DNA of 57,659 bases from an uncultured Bacilli bacterium (GCA_947626895.1 CANQTY010000001.1:68477-126135); one strand, 5' to 3'. Shown: positions 47,948-57,339, counted from the stretch's first letter. The notes: a model not told the origin generated them from the letters alone. Program-made: numbers and translations.

Positions 47948-48841
47948 ATGAAATATATAACTTTACCCATTAGTGAAGAACAAAAAGATCAACTTATTTC
48001 CTTTTATGAAGATGAAAAAGTCGAGATAAAAGGGGATTATTTAATATTTTCCGCGAAACATGAGGATATCACTATTTTTATTTATTCTTCATCTAAAGGT
48101 TATAAGGTTGTTTATCAAGGTGAAAATCCCTTAAACGAAGCACAAATTTTCTTTAAAGAAGCAAGCCTAAATGAACCTAAAAAGAAAGAAAAGACATTGT
48201 TTTATGATTTATCTAATCAAATTGGAAGCGATGAAGTTGGAACAGGAGATTTTTTTGGTCCTTTAATTGTTACAGCATGTTATTTTAGTAGTCAAAATCA
48301 AGACTTAATAACTACATATAAAATTAATGACTCAAAAAAGTTAACAGATGAAATTATCTTAGAAACAATCCCTAAAATCGCACCCCATGTAACGTTTTCA
48401 CAATTTACTTTGCATCCTTTACAATACAATGAGCTCATTTTAAAAGGATGGAATATGAATCAAATCAAAGCTTTTTTGCATAACAAAGCTTTACTTTCTA
48501 TATCTAAGAAAGTGCATTGTAATAATGGCTTTATCGATCAATTTTGTTCACCTATGCAATATTTTTCATATATAAATAATGAAAAAGAAATCTATAAAGA
48601 TTTACTATTTTCCACGAAAGGAGAAAGTCATTATCCAAGCATTGCTATCGCCTCGATGATGGCTCGTTATTCTTTTCTAAAAGAAATGGAAAAAATGAAT
48701 GAAACGTATCAATTTTCTTTTCCTTTCGGTGCAGGAAAACGTGTTGATGAAGCTATCCAAGATTTTATTAACAAATATCATAAAGAAGAATTAACAAAAG
48801 TTGCTAAAATAAATTTTAAAAACTATAAAAATATAGATTAA
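47948..48841 (+). CDS. rnhC: Ribonuclease HIII
   Basis: IGSDEVGTGDFFGP, DSKKL, IDQF, KGES, AKINFKN; divergent from mutS2. Confidence 0.95.
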   Translation: MKYITLPISEEQKDQLISFYEDEKVEIKGDYLIFSAKHEDITIFIYSSSKGYKVVYQGENPLNEAQIFFKEASLNEPKKKEKTLFYDLSNQIGSDEVGTGDFFGPLIVTACYFSSQNQDLITTYKINDSKKLTDEIILETIPKIAPHVTFSQFTLHPLQYNELILKGWNMNQIKAFLHNKALLSISKKVHCNNGFIDQFCSPMQYFSYINNEKEIYKDLLFSTKGESHYPSIAIASMMARYSFLKEMEKMNETYQFSFPFGAGKRVDEAIQDFINKYHKEELTKVAKINFKNYKNID

Positions 48842-48860
48842 TTTAATACGTTTTTATATT

Positions 48861-49772
48861 TTATTGTTCTTTTAGAAGTTTTTGTACGCGTTTAAATTCA
48901 TTATCTACTTCACAAGTAAATTCTACTCTTTCCTTTGTTTTTGGATGAATAAAACTTAATAAATATGCGTGAAGCATCTGTCCTAAATTTGTTAAGGGTT
49001 GATGCTTATTTCCATAGATATTATCCCCAATAATAGGATGATGGATGTAAGCTAAATGAACGCGAATTTGATGAGTTCTTCCTGTTTCTAATTCACAAGA
49101 TACTAAAGTTGCATTTTTATATCTATCGATGACATGTACTCTAGTAGTAGAGTCTTTTCCATTTTTTAAATTCACCCCCATTTTTAGACGATTTTTTTCA
49201 TCTTTACCAATTGGAGCTTTAATGATGATATCATTATTTGGAATCACCCCTTCACATAGAGCGTAATATTTTCGATACATCGTTTTATCTTTTAATTGAT
49301 TCGATAAAAAGATATGCGCTTCATCATTTTTAGCTACGACAAGAAGTCCAGAAGTATCTTTATCGATACGATGGACAATTCCTGGACGTATCACTCCATT
49401 AATTGAAGATAATTTTGTTTTTTGATGCATCAAAGCATTTACTAAAGTACCTCCAGAAAAATGACCATTGCTAGGATGAACCACCATTCCGCGAGGTTTA
49501 TTAATCACCATTAAATCATCATCTTCATAGACGATATCTAAGGGAATGTCACTTTCTACGATTTCTAAAGGCGTTTCTTTTAAAGGTTCAAAATTGATTT
49601 CATCGCCATTTTTAAGGCGATATGAACATTTTGCAGTTTTGCCATTAACTAAAACATTGCCATTTTCAATGGCTTTTTGAATATAAGATCGAGAATGTTC
49701 TTTAATCATCATAACTAAATAAGCATCTAATCTTATATTATTATGTTCTTCATCAATAGAAAAAATAGACAT
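48861..49772 (-). CDS. rluD: RluD-family 23S rRNA pseudouridine synthase
   Basis: S4 domain RLD, NKPRGMVVHP, HRIDKDTSG, TGRTHQIRVH. Confidence 0.95.
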   Translation of the reverse strand: MSIFSIDEEHNNIRLDAYLVMMIKEHSRSYIQKAIENGNVLVNGKTAKCSYRLKNGDEINFEPLKETPLEIVESDIPLDIVYEDDDLMVINKPRGMVVHPSNGHFSGGTLVNALMHQKTKLSSINGVIRPGIVHRIDKDTSGLLVVAKNDEAHIFLSNQLKDKTMYRKYYALCEGVIPNNDIIIKAPIGKDEKNRLKMGVNLKNGKDSTTRVHVIDRYKNATLVSCELETGRTHQIRVHLAYIHHPIIGDNIYGNKHQPLTNLGQMLHAYLLSFIHPKTKERVEFTCEVDNEFKRVQKLLKEQ

Positions 49773-50473
49773 TATTCTTCTTCTTTCTTTTCACTAGTAT
49801 CTTCTTTTTTTGTACCGTTTTCATTATTTTCTTCTTTTACTTCATTATTTTCAGTAGGTTTTTCTTCTTCATTTTGAATATCGCTTTTAGTATTTTCTTC
49901 ATTACCTTCTTTTTCTTTATCTTCTTTTGCCTTTTCATCCATAAATAAACCTATGACGATAAAGACCATAGCGACAGTTAAACAACTATCAGCGAAATTA
50001 AATACAGGGAAATCTCCAATTAAGGGTAAATGGAAGTCTAAAAAATCGATGACACCAGGTTTTACTCCAATGACTTTTAAAAAGCGATCAATTAAATTAC
50101 CAATACACCCAGGAATGACTAAAAATAAGCCTATTCTCATGCATTTTCCCATTGTAAAGAAATGCTTAACAAAATAAAGAATAGCAATAATTGCACCTAA
50201 AATAGAACATAACATCAAAATAAATGTTCCTATATCAAATCCATTGACATTTAAGTCTCCAAGTAGACCAGAAAAGCCACCTGGATTATAGACTAAAGTA
50301 AAACGAAAGAACCCATCAATTACAGTAATTCTATGTGTTGGTTCATTAAGTAAGATGGCTTCCATAGTAAACTTTGTTACCATATCGATAACAAACAGGA
50401 TCACCATGATATAAAGATGATGTTTAAAAAAGAAGATGGTTCCTTTTTTTATAGCGTCAAGAAACTTATTCAT
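49772..50473 (-). CDS. lspA: Lipoprotein signal peptidase II
   Basis: D..TK, NPGGFS, GNLIDR, VIDFL, FNFAD. Confidence 0.95.
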   Translation of the reverse strand: MNKFLDAIKKGTIFFFKHHLYIMVILFVIDMVTKFTMEAILLNEPTHRITVIDGFFRFTLVYNPGGFSGLLGDLNVNGFDIGTFILMLCSILGAIIAILYFVKHFFTMGKCMRIGLFLVIPGCIGNLIDRFLKVIGVKPGVIDFLDFHLPLIGDFPVFNFADSCLTVAMVFIVIGLFMDEKAKEDKEKEGNEENTKSDIQNEEEKPTENNEVKEENNENGTKKEDTSEKKEEE

Positions 50474-53210
50474 GCTTTTTTAATTCCTCTTTACAACGTG
50501 CACAAACATGACTACCTTCATATTCTTCTAGAGTATCAAAGTATTGCCAGCATCGTTCACATTTCACCCCATTATGACGTTTTACATCGATAAGGAGGTG
50601 ATTATATTCTTGATGAGCCTCACCTAATTCACATTTAGAAACGATGAATAAAAGATTCATTTCTTCTTTAGTAAATCTCGCTAAAACTCTTTTTGCCATT
50701 TCGTCCTTTGGAGTAATGACAAGAGAGGCCTCTAAAGAGGAACCAATTAATGAAGTACTTCTTGCTTCTTCAAGAGCTTTCATCACATCATCTCGCACAG
50801 ACATGAATTCTTGATATTCTTTTAATAAAGCTTCATCTACTACTTCCTTCTTTGGCATATCTTCTAAAACGATATATTTTTCTTTATGTAAGGAAGGCAA
50901 ATATTGTTGAACTTCTTCCATAGTAAAGGCTAAAGTAGGTGCTAATAATAAAGATAATTCTCTTATAATCTTAAATAAGACTGTTTGGAATTCCTTACGA
51001 ATATGAGAATCTTCTCCATCACAATATAAAGGATCTTTAGCAATCGATAGATAAAATGCTGAAACATCTTGAGTTAAGAATGTTAAAATCTCTTGAATCA
51101 TATTTGCAAAATTATAATTATCATATTCTTTTAAGGCGATATTCTTCACTTCTTTTAAACGTTCAAGAATGTATAATGAATATCTAGAAAATTCAGTTAC
51201 ACTATCTTTATCTTCATCAAAATAGGAAGAGGAATTAGCCAAATTCGCTAACATAAATTTAAAGATATTACGGATTTTTCGATACGTATCTGCGCAAGTC
51301 TTAATAATGGAATCAGATATTCTAACATCGGCTTGATAATCAACCGTAGCAACATAAAGTCTTAAAATATCTGCGCCATATTGACTAATAACTTTATTTG
51401 GATCAATGCCGTTTCCTAAAGATTTAGACATTTTATTGCCATTTCCATCTAAAACAAAGCCATGACTTACAACACAATCATAAGGTGCCACGCCTTCAGT
51501 AGCAACTGAGACAATTAAAGAAGCATTAAACCAACCACGATATTGATCACAGCCTTCTAAATATAAATCTGCAGGATATTTTAATCCACGTTCAATTAAC
51601 ACAGAACGAGAGGAAGAACCGCTATCAAACCAAACATCCATAATATCCATTTCTTTTCTAAATGGAGCTAAATCTTTATGCGATTCAATATATCCTTCTG
51701 GTAATAAGAAGTCGACATCTTTTGCAAACCAGATATCGCTACCATATTCGCCAATTAAATCTTCAATATGATCAAAGATTTCTTTTTCCATTAAAGGATT
51801 TCCGTTTTTATCATAGATAATTGGTAAAGGTACACCCCAAGCTCTTTGTCGAGAAATACACCAATCCTCACGATCTTTAATCATATTATGCATACGAATT
51901 TGTCCCCATTCTGGAACCCACTTAACACGATCAATTTCTTTTAGTAATACATCTCGGATTGCATCAATTGAACAGAACCATTGAGGTGTTGCTCTAAAGA
52001 TGACAGGTTTTTTTGTTCTCCAGTCGTGGGGATAAGAGTGTACGATTTCATTTCTTCCAAGTAAAGCATGCACTTCTTCAAGCATTACAAGCACTTCTTC
52101 ATTTGCTTTTTCATAGAACAAACCTTTAAGTCTATCCCCAGTTGTTTCATCCATGAAGCCATGTTCATCCACTGGACAATAAGGTTCTAAATGGTATTTT
52201 TTACCAACTTTATAGTCATCTTCACCATGTCCAGGCGCGGTATGAACACATCCTGTACCTGCATCGCTAGTGACATGATCACCTAAAATAATCACAGATT
52301 CACGATCATATAAAGGATGTTTTGTTGTGATATATTCAAGTTCTTTTCCCATGAAGGTCTTGATTAATTCGACTTTTTCTAAATGAAGTTCATCATGTAA
52401 AGTTTCTTTTAAGGAAGTTAAAAATACGAGTCTTCCTTTATCTGTATCAAATAAACCATATTCTAAATCAGGATTTAAACAAATCGCTAAATTTGCAGGG
52501 ATTGTCCAAGGGGTCGTTGTCCAAATGACAAAAGCATCATCTTTCGTTAAGATTCCTTTTCCATCTAAAACATCAAATTTAACATAGATGGTCGTAGCTT
52601 TGACATCTTGATATTCAATTTCTGCCTCGGCAAGCGCGGATTCACTCGAGGGAGACCAATAAACTGGTTTTAATCCCTTAAAGATATAACCTTTTAAAGC
52701 CATTTCTTTAAAGACATGAATTTGTCCTTTTTCAAATTTTTTATCTAAAGTAACATAACGATTATCAAAATCAGCAAGAATTCCTAAACGTTTGACTTGA
52801 TTCATTTGACGCTCGACTTGTTTTTTTGCATATTCTTCACATTTTTTACGAAAATCGATTAATGGGGTCGTTTTTCGATTCACTCCAGATTTTGTAACCG
52901 CGGTTTCAATGGGTAAACCATGGGTATCCCAACCTGGAATAAAAGGAGTATAAAATCCATTCATCGCTTTATAACGAATCACGATATCCTTTAAGATACG
53001 ATTTAACATATGTCCACAATGCATATCTCCATTTGCATAGGGAGGACCATCGTGTAACATGAAACAAGGATCTTTTTCATGTTTTTTCATCAAGAGATGA
53101 TAGACATCATCTTGATACCATTTTTCTAACATCTTTGGTTCTTTTTGGGCTAGATTCCCTCGCATTTCAAAATCCGTTTTGCCCATCAATAAAGTCTTGT
53201 TAACTTCCAT
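50466..53210 (-). CDS. ileS: Isoleucyl-tRNA synthetase (type 1)
   Basis: HDGPPYANG, HCGH (HIGH motif), WTTTPWT, WCISRQR, KMSKS, C-terminal Zn finger. Confidence 0.98.
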   Translation of the reverse strand: MEVNKTLLMGKTDFEMRGNLAQKEPKMLEKWYQDDVYHLLMKKHEKDPCFMLHDGPPYANGDMHCGHMLNRILKDIVIRYKAMNGFYTPFIPGWDTHGLPIETAVTKSGVNRKTTPLIDFRKKCEEYAKKQVERQMNQVKRLGILADFDNRYVTLDKKFEKGQIHVFKEMALKGYIFKGLKPVYWSPSSESALAEAEIEYQDVKATTIYVKFDVLDGKGILTKDDAFVIWTTTPWTIPANLAICLNPDLEYGLFDTDKGRLVFLTSLKETLHDELHLEKVELIKTFMGKELEYITTKHPLYDRESVIILGDHVTSDAGTGCVHTAPGHGEDDYKVGKKYHLEPYCPVDEHGFMDETTGDRLKGLFYEKANEEVLVMLEEVHALLGRNEIVHSYPHDWRTKKPVIFRATPQWFCSIDAIRDVLLKEIDRVKWVPEWGQIRMHNMIKDREDWCISRQRAWGVPLPIIYDKNGNPLMEKEIFDHIEDLIGEYGSDIWFAKDVDFLLPEGYIESHKDLAPFRKEMDIMDVWFDSGSSSRSVLIERGLKYPADLYLEGCDQYRGWFNASLIVSVATEGVAPYDCVVSHGFVLDGNGNKMSKSLGNGIDPNKVISQYGADILRLYVATVDYQADVRISDSIIKTCADTYRKIRNIFKFMLANLANSSSYFDEDKDSVTEFSRYSLYILERLKEVKNIALKEYDNYNFANMIQEILTFLTQDVSAFYLSIAKDPLYCDGEDSHIRKEFQTVLFKIIRELSLLLAPTLAFTMEEVQQYLPSLHKEKYIVLEDMPKKEVVDEALLKEYQEFMSVRDDVMKALEEARSTSLIGSSLEASLVITPKDEMAKRVLARFTKEEMNLLFIVSKCELGEAHQEYNHLLIDVKRHNGVKCERCWQYFDTLEEYEGSHVCARCKEELKKHE

Positions 53211-53225
53211 CTTGACCTCCTAAAT

Positions 53226-53447
53226 AAAATAAAACGTCCTATCTAAGGACGCCAAATGACGCGGTACCACCTCAGTTCCTAATTACTTAGGCTCTTCATT
53301 TACCTTTAACGCATGTTCACGGAAAAGAATACTATTGTTCCTCTTTCCAGCTCCAGAAGGATAAGTTTCTATCTTTTCTTTATCTTTTTTCACCAAGCAA
53401 AGACTCTCTATGAAAGATTCGATAGGCTTCTGTTTCTTTCATCGCCA
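53226..53447 (-). promoter_or_regulatory. T-box riboswitch (Ile)
   Basis: AGAGA and GGTGA stem-I motifs, ATC specifier at 53362-53360, T-box AACTGAGGTGGTACCGCG (53277-53260), terminator CGTCCT...AGGACG-TTTT. Confidence 0.92.
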
Positions 53448-53579
53448 TTAGCTTGATTATTACATAAATTTTTAACGCTTTCAATTTATTGAAGCATAAT
53501 TTGCATTTTTAAAATGAACTTGATAGAATAAGGAAGTAAAAATAATGTCGAAAATCGACAAATAAAGGGGAGAATGTTT

Positions 53580-54410
53580 ATGAATTACGTACTTTATAAT
53601 TCCAAAGCGAATAACCAAATTAAAAATGAAAAGCTCGAAGAATACAAAGCAAAAGGAGCAAAAGTCTTAGATGTCACAGAATTAGATTATCGTGAATTCT
53701 TTAAAAATCTATCAGAAGGTGAAGAAGTCTATCTTTTTGGAGGAGATGGTACCATCAACTATTTAGCAAATGCCATGGATGGTGAGGAAATTGAAAATAA
53801 TATCTATTTAATTCCATCTGGCACAGGAAATGATTTCTTTAATGATGTTGTAAGTGATCCAAATGTAGAAAAAATCTTATTAAATCCTTATTTAAAGAAT
53901 TTACCAACCGTTGAAGTCAATGGCATCAAACGTAAATTCATCAATGGTATTGGTTTTGGTATTGATGGTTATTGTTGTGAAGTCGGTGATGAATTAAGAG
54001 CTAAATCCGATAAACCAGTCAATTATACAAGTATTGCTATTAAAGGTTTACTTTTCCATTTCAAACCAAGAAATGCTGTGATAACAATCGATGGAGAAAC
54101 CTATGAATATAAACATTGTTGGTTAGTTCCCTCTATGGAGGGGCGGTTCTATGGTGGAGGTATGATGGTCGCTCCAAGTCAAGATCGAAAAGAAAAAGGT
54201 GTTGTTACCGTCGTAGTTTATATGACTAAATCTAAATTAAAAGCCTTAATGACTTTCCCTTCCATCTTTAAAGGAGAACACGTCAAAAAAGAAAAAATGG
54301 TTAAAATCTTTAAAGGAAAAGAAATTACTGTTACCTTTGATAAACCAACCGCTTTACAAATTGATGGGGATACAGTGAAAAACGTAACCACCTATAAAGT
54401 ACATGCATAA
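53580..54410 (+). CDS. Diacylglycerol kinase family lipid kinase
   Basis: GGDGT, PSGTGNDF, GIGFGID, YGGGM, QIDGD. Start is 53574 or 53580. Confidence 0.92.
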   Translation: MNYVLYNSKANNQIKNEKLEEYKAKGAKVLDVTELDYREFFKNLSEGEEVYLFGGDGTINYLANAMDGEEIENNIYLIPSGTGNDFFNDVVSDPNVEKILLNPYLKNLPTVEVNGIKRKFINGIGFGIDGYCCEVGDELRAKSDKPVNYTSIAIKGLLFHFKPRNAVITIDGETYEYKHCWLVPSMEGRFYGGGMMVAPSQDRKEKGVVTVVVYMTKSKLKALMTFPSIFKGEHVKKEKMVKIFKGKEITVTFDKPTALQIDGDTVKNVTTYKVHA

Positions 54411-54412
54411 AA

Positions 54413-55231
54413 ATGGTTAAAATTGTCTTATTACTCATTACTTTCGCGATATCAATATTTGAATGTTTTATTACCCCAGTAAATGAAATCTATTTTCAAA
54501 TATTGCTCTTTTTAGCCTATAGTATTGCTAATTTATTATTGATTATCATTCTCTTTTTTATCATTTCCTTTATCATTGGTTTACCTATCAATACTAAAAA
54601 AGAGAATCATCACTATAATAAGTTTTATCGTCATGTTTTAGTTTTAGCAACAAGAATATGTCTATCCTTATTTAGTGTGAAAGTCACCAAAAAAGTATTA
54701 GAAAAAATTCCTCAAGATACAAACTTTTTGCTTACCTTTAATCATCGATCAAATTTAGATTCGATGATTATCGATGTAATTTTAAAAGATATCCCCTTAG
54801 TATTTATAGCTAAAAAATCACTATTTAAAATTCCTTTCTTTGGAAAAATGCTCCATGCAATTGGCTATATTAAATTAGATCGAAGCCATCTTCGCCAAGA
54901 ATATATCGCCATTTGTGATGGTATTGATTTATTAAATAGTAACGAGTGTTCCATTGGTATATCTCCTGAAGGAACTAGAAACTTTACTGAAGAAAAACTT
55001 CTTCCTTTTAAAGCAGGTTGTTTCCGTTTAGCAACCAAGAGTAAAAAGCCAATTGTTGTTACTATATTAAAAAATACAAAAGAAATTAAAAAACATCTAT
55101 TAATCAAAAGACACAAGGTTTCTTTTGAGGTTTTAGATGTTTTATATTTTGAAGATTATAAAGATTTAAATAATTATGAAATTGCTGACAAAGTTCAAGA
55201 AATTATGCTCAAATCTTTAAATGAAGATTAA
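54413..55231 (+). CDS. plsC: 1-acyl-sn-glycerol-3-phosphate acyltransferase
   Basis: NHRSNLD, FIAKK, PEGTR, FKAG. Confidence 0.92.
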   Translation: MVKIVLLLITFAISIFECFITPVNEIYFQILLFLAYSIANLLLIIILFFIISFIIGLPINTKKENHHYNKFYRHVLVLATRICLSLFSVKVTKKVLEKIPQDTNFLLTFNHRSNLDSMIIDVILKDIPLVFIAKKSLFKIPFFGKMLHAIGYIKLDRSHLRQEYIAICDGIDLLNSNECSIGISPEGTRNFTEEKLLPFKAGCFRLATKSKKPIVVTILKNTKEIKKHLLIKRHKVSFEVLDVLYFEDYKDLNNYEIADKVQEIMLKSLNED

Positions 55232-56250
55232 ATTTTCTTTCTTGGAATACCATCTACAATTTCCCAACTATCCCTATAATAAGTAGGGATTTTTATATTG
55301 TTATATGCTTCATTCCAGTTCATATCATATCCTTTTGTATCCTCTTCTTTCCTATCTACATATATAGTAATGTCTTTTAAGTCATAAAAAGCATAATTTT
55401 CTATATAGTCTACTTTTGAAGGAATGATAATCCATTTTAAAGAAAAACATGAGGCAAAAGCAAAATCATGAATGATTTCTATTTCACTAGGAAGCATAAT
55501 CTTTTCTAAAGAAGAACAATCTCCAAGTAATGTTGATGGAATTGATTTTAAATTCTTTGGTAATGTAATCTTTTTTAATTTACTACAATGATCAAAAACA
55601 AGTTGACCTAAAGATGTATCATCATTTAAAAAGGTAACTTCTTTTAATGAAGAACAATTTTTAAATGCCCCGTAAGCTACTTCATTAATACTTTTAGGAG
55701 TACTTATTTTTGTAAGACTACTACAATTTAAGAAAGCATATGAAGCTATTTTACTTACAGGATATTTTTTATTTTCAACTTCAATAAAACTAGGAATTTT
55801 AAAATCTTTTTCTTTTCCTAAATATAAAGTTAAAATTGCTTCTTGATCTTGATAAACATAATAGGCATCATCTTGAATCCATAATTTTTGATTGTCATTC
55901 CTTAAATAATAAAATCCTATCGAGGCATTGGTCCAATACTCATTCCATTCCGCTCGAAAATAATCATATTGATCATCAATATAGACATGAAGATGCTCAT
56001 CTAAATCAAGAAAGATTGCCCAATGTTCCATATATTGATATCCATGAGGAATCATAAGAGCTTTTAAAGAAGGATGAATAAATGCATTTGATTTAATACC
56101 TAAAATAGGATAAGTAATCCCTTCGATTTCAATGGATATAGGTAAAGATAAAACTAAAGCATTACCGATATATTTTTCAATCATTGCACCTTTTTCATCA
56201 TATAGATAAACTAAGCCATTTTTATCTTCATATCTTCTTTTTTCATCCAT
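55228..56250 (-). CDS. BspA-type leucine-rich repeat (LRR_5) protein
   Basis: Repeated AFxxCxxLxxIxLP units; ATG 56250 behind GAGGTG; no signal peptide. Confidence 0.88.
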   Translation of the reverse strand: MDEKRRYEDKNGLVYLYDEKGAMIEKYIGNALVLSLPISIEIEGITYPILGIKSNAFIHPSLKALMIPHGYQYMEHWAIFLDLDEHLHVYIDDQYDYFRAEWNEYWTNASIGFYYLRNDNQKLWIQDDAYYVYQDQEAILTLYLGKEKDFKIPSFIEVENKKYPVSKIASYAFLNCSSLTKISTPKSINEVAYGAFKNCSSLKEVTFLNDDTSLGQLVFDHCSKLKKITLPKNLKSIPSTLLGDCSSLEKIMLPSEIEIIHDFAFASCFSLKWIIIPSKVDYIENYAFYDLKDITIYVDRKEEDTKGYDMNWNEAYNNIKIPTYYRDSWEIVDGIPRKKI

Positions 56251-56388
56251 GTAGCTCACCTCAAAAAATCGTCTAAATATATTTTAATCAATATCCATCT
56301 TTATTTATATATTCTTATTTATCTTTTTGCATTTTAAGTTGTAATCTACTCCACTTTAGTCATGGATTGCGACTATATTGATGTTCTT

Positions 56389-56601
56389 CTATTCGTCTTT
56401 AGGAGTTTTTAACCATTTTTCCTTCGTTTTTAAATAATGCTGATAAAACGGAGAATCTTTGGTTAAGATGCCTGCTACCATTTTCCCCACGGATTCAGTA
56501 TCGTATTCTGCAATAGGTAAACCACGTTTCATAAGTACTTCATCTAGAGGGCTTATCCAAGTACGTGCCTTAGGTGTCTCAGCTTTTTTCTTTTCTGTCA
56601 T
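56389..56601 (-). CDS. Hypothetical 70-aa protein, array copy A
   Basis: ATG 56601 behind AAGGAG; paralogue of the next two ORFs. Confidence 0.75.
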   Translation of the reverse strand: MTEKKKAETPKARTWISPLDEVLMKRGLPIAEYDTESVGKMVAGILTKDSPFYQHYLKTKEKWLKTPKDE

Positions 56602-56711
56602 ATTTAAAATCTCCTTATTCATTTTTATTTGTATATTCTTATTTGTCTTTTTGCATTTTCAATAGTAGCCTTCTCCATTTTAGTCATGAATACGACTATA
56701 TTGATGTTCTT

Positions 56712-56924
56712 CTATTCGTCTTTAGGATTTTTTAACAATTCCTCCTTCGTTTTCAAATAATGCTGATAAAATGGTGAATCTTTAGTTAAGATACCCGCTA
56801 CTATTGTTCCAGGCTTTCTTATCCCATATGTCGAGATAGGTAAGCCCAGCCTCATAAGTGCTTCGTCTAGTTGACTTATCCAAGTACGTGCCTTAGGTGT
56901 TTCAGTTTTTTTCTTTTTAGCCAT
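56712..56924 (-). CDS. Hypothetical 70-aa protein, array copy B
   Basis: ATG 56924 behind AAGGAG. Confidence 0.75.
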   Translation of the reverse strand: MAKKKKTETPKARTWISQLDEALMRLGLPISTYGIRKPGTIVAGILTKDSPFYQHYLKTKEELLKNPKDE

Positions 56925-57034
56925 ATTTAAAATCTCCTTATTCATTTTTATTTGTATATTCTTATTTGTCTTTTTGCATTTTCAATAGTAGTCTTCTCCA
57001 TTTTAGTCATGAATACGACTATATTGATGTTCTT

Positions 57035-57247
57035 CTATTCGTCTTTAGGATTTTTTAACAATTCCTCCTTCGTTTTCAAATAATGCTGATAACATGGAGA
57101 ATCTTTGGTTAATACGCCCGCTACCATTTTCCCCACGGATTCCGTGTCGTATTTCGAGAGAGGCAAGCCAAGACTCATTAGTGCTTCGTCTAGTTGACTT
57201 ATCCATGTACGTATACTAGATGTCTCAGTATTTTTCTTTTTTTCCAT
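57035..57247 (-). CDS. Hypothetical 70-aa protein, array copy C
   Basis: ATG 57247 behind AAGGAG. Confidence 0.75.
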   Translation of the reverse strand: MEKKKNTETSSIRTWISQLDEALMSLGLPLSKYDTESVGKMVAGVLTKDSPCYQHYLKTKEELLKNPKDE

Positions 57248-57339
57248 ATTTAAAAAATCTCCTTATGTTTTGATGAGGCATTATTACGCCTTTTCTTCAT
57301 CAAAATAGAAATACTGAGGGGGATATTTCTTACACTTAT

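Larger units (their letters stand above)
56296..57266. repeat. Tandem direct repeat, 3 units of about 323 bp, each one small ORF plus about 110 bp noncoding
   Basis: Stop codons at 56389, 56712 and 57035 (period 323); units begin near 56296, 56620 and 56943. Confidence 0.95.

Noticed and set aside
53010-53030. HCGH variant of the IleRS HIGH motif as a mupirocin-resistance signal
   Set aside because: The second position of HIGH is variable, and the protein is an ordinary type-1 IleRS in the ileS-lspA-rluD context.
30940-54146. Arg codon reassignment (AGG to Met or CGG to Trp, reported in some uncultured Bacilli)
   Set aside because: AGG falls at conserved Arg positions in ThiI (RRMM, 30940-30942) and GerE (43587-43589), and CGG at the usual Arg of GRxYGGG in the lipid kinase (54144-54146). 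Only a few sites were checked.
936-56665. Numerous 60-102-aa ORFs nested in or antisense to long genes (for example 936, 1960, 6410, 22858, 35179, 42354, 56459)
   Set aside because: Shadow frames of well-supported genes, with no independent translation signals or motifs.
56296-57266. CRISPR array or type I toxin array
   Set aside because: Units are 323 bp with homologous rather than unique spacers, there are no cas genes, and the proteins lack a hydrophobic helix.
55228-57266. Diversity-generating retroelement
   Set aside because: No reverse transcriptase in the window, and differences between copies are not adenine-specific.
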